A stretch of 60,779 nt of DNA, counting the filler. It is 5 parts of 5 records of this genome, joined end to end, with 100 filler letters (N's around TTAATTAATTAA, not from the genome) between each part and the next. Parts side by side here need not be neighbours in the genome. Positions count along the whole stretch, not along the records: positions 51,674 to 60,779 come from SRR31156797_2546; 4 more parts are not named here. One strand, 5' to 3'. Numbering within the stretch: position 1 is the stretch's first letter; each line of letters opens with the position of its first letter. The notes under the pieces are model-generated. The model was not told the origin of the DNA. It saw only the letters and a program-made list of their open reading frames with translations, and ran no database searches. Shown piece after piece: positions 58,207 through 60,779 of the stretch. The position numbers and the translations under genes were made by a program.

Positions 58207-58841
58207 CAACCGCCTTCTACAACAATTTTCTTTTTCTTGCGTTTTGGAATGACTACTTCCGGTGCATCCTCTGAAGCTGCCGCTGCAGTTGAAGCTTTCA
58301 TCAATTCCATTATGGCTGCAAAATCGTATGCCGGTTCTTCAACCATATACTTCGGAACGTCAGGCATGTCGTAAGGATCGAGTGATTCGTTGGCATAGTA
58401 GCTCCATCCGCCCTTCATAACTTTTACATTGTTGTGGCCCAATTGCTTGAGCAATAACCACGGGCCTGTGGCTGCTGCTTCTGTGCTATGGTAAAGCACA
58501 ACGATTAATGAATCTTCAGCAGCCTGCTTAAAATATTCCAGTGCCGGTTCAGCCAGCAAATCAGTTTGTGGGATATTCACTGAGGTCGGGACGTTTCCTT
58601 TAACAAATTCATATGGATTTCTGAGATCGACATACACATATCCGGGCTCATCGAATTCTGTATAGTATGCCACATCTTCAGGCAGAATCTGGTACTCGGC
58701 TTCAAAAAGGTAGTCAAGCGTTTCCTGGGGGGTGCTTTCCCATTCTAGTCCGCCTTTTTGGGTTGAGATCAATCCGACAGCTAAAACAGCCACAAAAATC
58801 AATACGACTATAACCAGTGGTTTTGTTCCTTTATCTTTCAT
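58203..58841 (-). CDS. Membrane-anchored rhodanese-like protein with C-terminal KKKK-IVVEGGC tail
   Basis: N-terminal TM; VDLRNPYEFVKGNVP and VKVMKGGW rhodanese motifs; the active-site position reads VLYHS (no Cys); ends EGGC-stop. Confidence 0.8.
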   Translation of the reverse strand: MKDKGTKPLVIVVLIFVAVLAVGLISTQKGGLEWESTPQETLDYLFEAEYQILPEDVAYYTEFDEPGYVYVDLRNPYEFVKGNVPTSVNIPQTDLLAEPALEYFKQAAEDSLIVVLYHSTEAAATGPWLLLKQLGHNNVKVMKGGWSYYANESLDPYDMPDVPKYMVEEPAYDFAAIMELMKASTAAAASEDAPEVVIPKRKKKKIVVEGGC

Positions 58842-58918
58842 TATCAAAAATTTTAATCGTCTAAAAAAAAACTTGAATATTAAAAATCCACATCTACAGG
58901 TGGGAAGCATTTTTTGGA

Positions 58919-59533
58919 TTAGCATCCACCTTCAACTACGTTTTTCTTTTTTTTGCGTGAAAACTGGATTTCTTCAGCCGGAACATCACTGGCAACATTT
59001 ACGTTTCCACCGGTAAAATACTGACTGGCACCGAGCCTGAACTGGTAAAGGTCGAAAACTTCCTGCGGCTCGGTTTCTGCAGGGCGTGAGGGCTTGATGA
59101 TGGTTTCGATCCATTTGTTTAACCCACCACGAAGCACATAAAGCCGCTCATGTCCTTCACGGGCAGCAATAATCCATGCTTTGTTTGCTTCCACATCACC
59201 ATTAGAATAGAAAATGAAATCTTTTCCAGGTGTGTTGAATAGTTCAACGGCCACTTCTGTGCAAATATCCGAAGTTGGAATACTTTCCGCTCCCGGCAAT
59301 CCAAAATCCATAAAATCATAAGGATCACGCACATCAATAAGTTGAATGGACGGATCGCCTTCGATGATTCTCCTTGCCACTTCATCTGTGGTGATATATC
59401 GCGTTCCCTCGTTTAATTCGGTCAGAATGGATTCTGGAGGCCGCTCATCAGACCTCTTATTGGCCTCAAGAACAAACAGGCCAATGCTAAGTAAAATGGT
59501 GATAAATGCTAGAAATAAATAGGTTTTATTCAT
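58919..59533 (-). CDS. Membrane-anchored rhodanese-like protein with C-terminal KKKK-NVVEGGC tail
   Basis: N-terminal TM; LIDVRDPYDF...LPGAESIP and YVLRGGLNKW; the active-site position reads IFYSN (no Cys); ends EGGC-stop. Confidence 0.82.
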   Translation of the reverse strand: MNKTYLFLAFITILLSIGLFVLEANKRSDERPPESILTELNEGTRYITTDEVARRIIEGDPSIQLIDVRDPYDFMDFGLPGAESIPTSDICTEVAVELFNTPGKDFIFYSNGDVEANKAWIIAAREGHERLYVLRGGLNKWIETIIKPSRPAETEPQEVFDLYQFRLGASQYFTGGNVNVASDVPAEEIQFSRKKKKNVVEGGC

Positions 59534-59545
59534 GACTTACACGGG

Positions 59546-60136
59546 TTAATATTCAACTTTTTTAATGCGTTTTTGTATGGCGGTGGCAACAACAAAAGCG
59601 GCCAGTGCAACACCAATTAAAATGATCATGAAAATGCTCATGGGTATGCCAAGGCTTTCATAAACAGTAATGTTGCCAAGGTAAGTGGAGTTATAAAAAT
59701 CTTCGAACAGGGGATAGAGTTCTGAAAAGAAGAAAATACCAAGCATCATGGAAAGTGAAAACACAATCGCATCAATCTTACCAATGGCTGCACCACAATA
59801 ACTTGTTCCCGGGCAATAACCACCCATGATAAATCCCAGACCCATGATCACACCGCCAACAATGGCCGGAGTGATGTATGCAGGGTTGATATAAATTAAG
59901 CTAAGATCCATCCAGCCCAGGTAGCCAAAATAATAAATGCCCAATGCTGCTGTGATAGCTGCAGTAAAAAAGACTTTCAGTACCGTAAAATCGTAGCCGT
60001 AAAATACACCGGCTAGTTTGCGGCTTGAAGAGAATCCTGAAGATTCAAGGATGAACCCGAATCCGATGCCAATAAGCAAAGCGAAAACATTGTTCCAGCT
60101 CGAATCGATAATATCTAATGGAATGAGAGGTCCCAT
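59546..60136 (-). CDS. YeeE/YedE family sulfur-compound transporter subunit
   Basis: GIGFGFILESSGF, FYGYDFTVLKVFFTA and GGVIMGLGFIMGGYCPGTS motifs. Confidence 0.88.
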   Translation of the reverse strand: MGPLIPLDIIDSSWNNVFALLIGIGFGFILESSGFSSSRKLAGVFYGYDFTVLKVFFTAAITAALGIYYFGYLGWMDLSLIYINPAYITPAIVGGVIMGLGFIMGGYCPGTSYCGAAIGKIDAIVFSLSMMLGIFFFSELYPLFEDFYNSTYLGNITVYESLGIPMSIFMIILIGVALAAFVVATAIQKRIKKVEY

Positions 60137-60157
60137 AATTTGTCTAGTTTTTAATGA

Positions 60158-60676
60158 TTAAATCCAGTTTTTTCTAAAGAAATAGGCCAGGGCAAAACCG
60201 GTACCGAAAATGGAAAGCATGGCAATAAACCCGCCAAGTGAAAGCGTGGCCATTCCGCTTAGTGCAGCGCCACTGGTGCATCCCCTGCCAAATTGTGAGC
60301 CAATTCCAAAAGCCAGCCCGCCAAATGCAGCAAAAGCCAGCCGACGGCCAGCCGTAATTTTGGGTGAATGCTCAATTTTAAACTTTAATCTTCCGGCAAT
60401 TGCACCTGAAAGCAAAGCACCAGCAAGGATGCCGATTACTTCAAATACAAGCCACTCGTTCATGGGATGGTTGTCATCGCTGATAAAGCGACTGTAATAA
60501 GTTGATTCCTGTGCGTGTTCGGGTGCAACTTTGTTGGTAATGGCAACAACCGTGCTTTTGGCCGCGCCACTGGCTCCCAGTCCGCGTCCGGTAATGTAAA
60601 ATGTGGCCAGCAGAAGCAGTCCAAGCATCACACCACCAAAGTATGGATTCCAGTATATTTTCGATTTGTCTTTCAT
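60158..60676 (-). CDS. YeeE/YedE family sulfur-compound transporter subunit
   Basis: YWNPYFGG, GLGASG and GGLAFGIGSQFGRGCTSGAALSG motifs. Confidence 0.88.
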   Translation of the reverse strand: MKDKSKIYWNPYFGGVMLGLLLLATFYITGRGLGASGAAKSTVVAITNKVAPEHAQESTYYSRFISDDNHPMNEWLVFEVIGILAGALLSGAIAGRLKFKIEHSPKITAGRRLAFAAFGGLAFGIGSQFGRGCTSGAALSGMATLSLGGFIAMLSIFGTGFALAYFFRKNWI

Positions 60677-60684
60677 GAGATTGA

Positions 60685-60726
60685 GTTATCCGTTATTTGT
60701 TATTGGTTAATCGTTATTTTTTATTG
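60685..60726. repeat. Heptamer tandem repeat (GTTATTN x6)
   Basis: GTTATCC GTTATTT GTTATTG GTTAATC GTTATTT TTTATTG. Confidence 0.6.
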
Positions 60727-60779
60727 TAGATACGCACGGCCAATTTCTTTTCTCGTTGAGACGCACGGCCGTGCGTCTT
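60726..60779. repeat. REP-like palindrome(s), cut by the window end
   Basis: GTAGATACGCACGGCC half copy followed by the palindrome AGACGCACGGCCGTGCGTCT. Confidence 0.6.

Noticed and set aside
58203-59533. Selenocysteine extension after the terminal GGC of the rhodanese proteins
   Set aside because: The stops are TAG and TAA, not TGA.
1-60779. CRISPR arrays, rRNA, tRNA, integrase or transposase genes
   Set aside because: None were recognised on either strand by eye; a covariance-model scan would be needed to exclude divergent small RNAs.

Overview
This window is not one locus. It is five unrelated contig fragments joined by identical 100-nt artificial spacers (44 N + TTAATTAATTAA + 44 N) at 10409-10508, 30940-31039, 41306-41405 and 51574-51673. 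Taxonomic labels are inferred from gene content and style only. Fragment 1 (1-10408, Bacteroidota/Prolixibacteraceae-like): housekeeping and envelope genes, a 42-aa Cys/Lys-rich ORF missing from the track, and an isoprenoid-synthase-fold gene. Fragment 2 (10509-30939, Deferribacterota/Denitrovibrio-like): signalling genes, an ABC-F protein, and the strongest signal in the window. That signal is a LysR-regulated phosphonoalanine (pal-type) catabolic operon (ABC importer, aminotransferase, phosphonopyruvate hydrolase) that continues directly into a class I EPSP synthase (aroA). This aroA has Ser at the E. coli Pro101 position, the classic glyphosate-tolerance substitution. Fragment 3 (31040-41305, Desulfobacterota-like): mtnA, nfo, and two tandem Tat-exported orphan solute-binding proteins divergent from a Cache/PAS kinase-regulator cluster. 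Fragment 4 (41406-51573, AT-rich with myxobacteria-like genes): an FrzS/AglZ-like pseudo-receiver coiled-coil protein coupled to a GspE/PilB ATPase, rsmI-yraN-smpB, a candidate structured RNA and a nuclease islet. Fragment 5 (51674-60779, Bacteroidales-like): an integron-cassette-like gene with an attC-like site, a TA pair whose toxin has a nonsense codon, ftcD, tatC, and a sulfur-trafficking cluster of two YeeE/YedE proteins plus two rhodanese-fold proteins that lack the catalytic Cys and end in Lys-rich GGC tails. All homology calls come from motif recognition; no searches were run.
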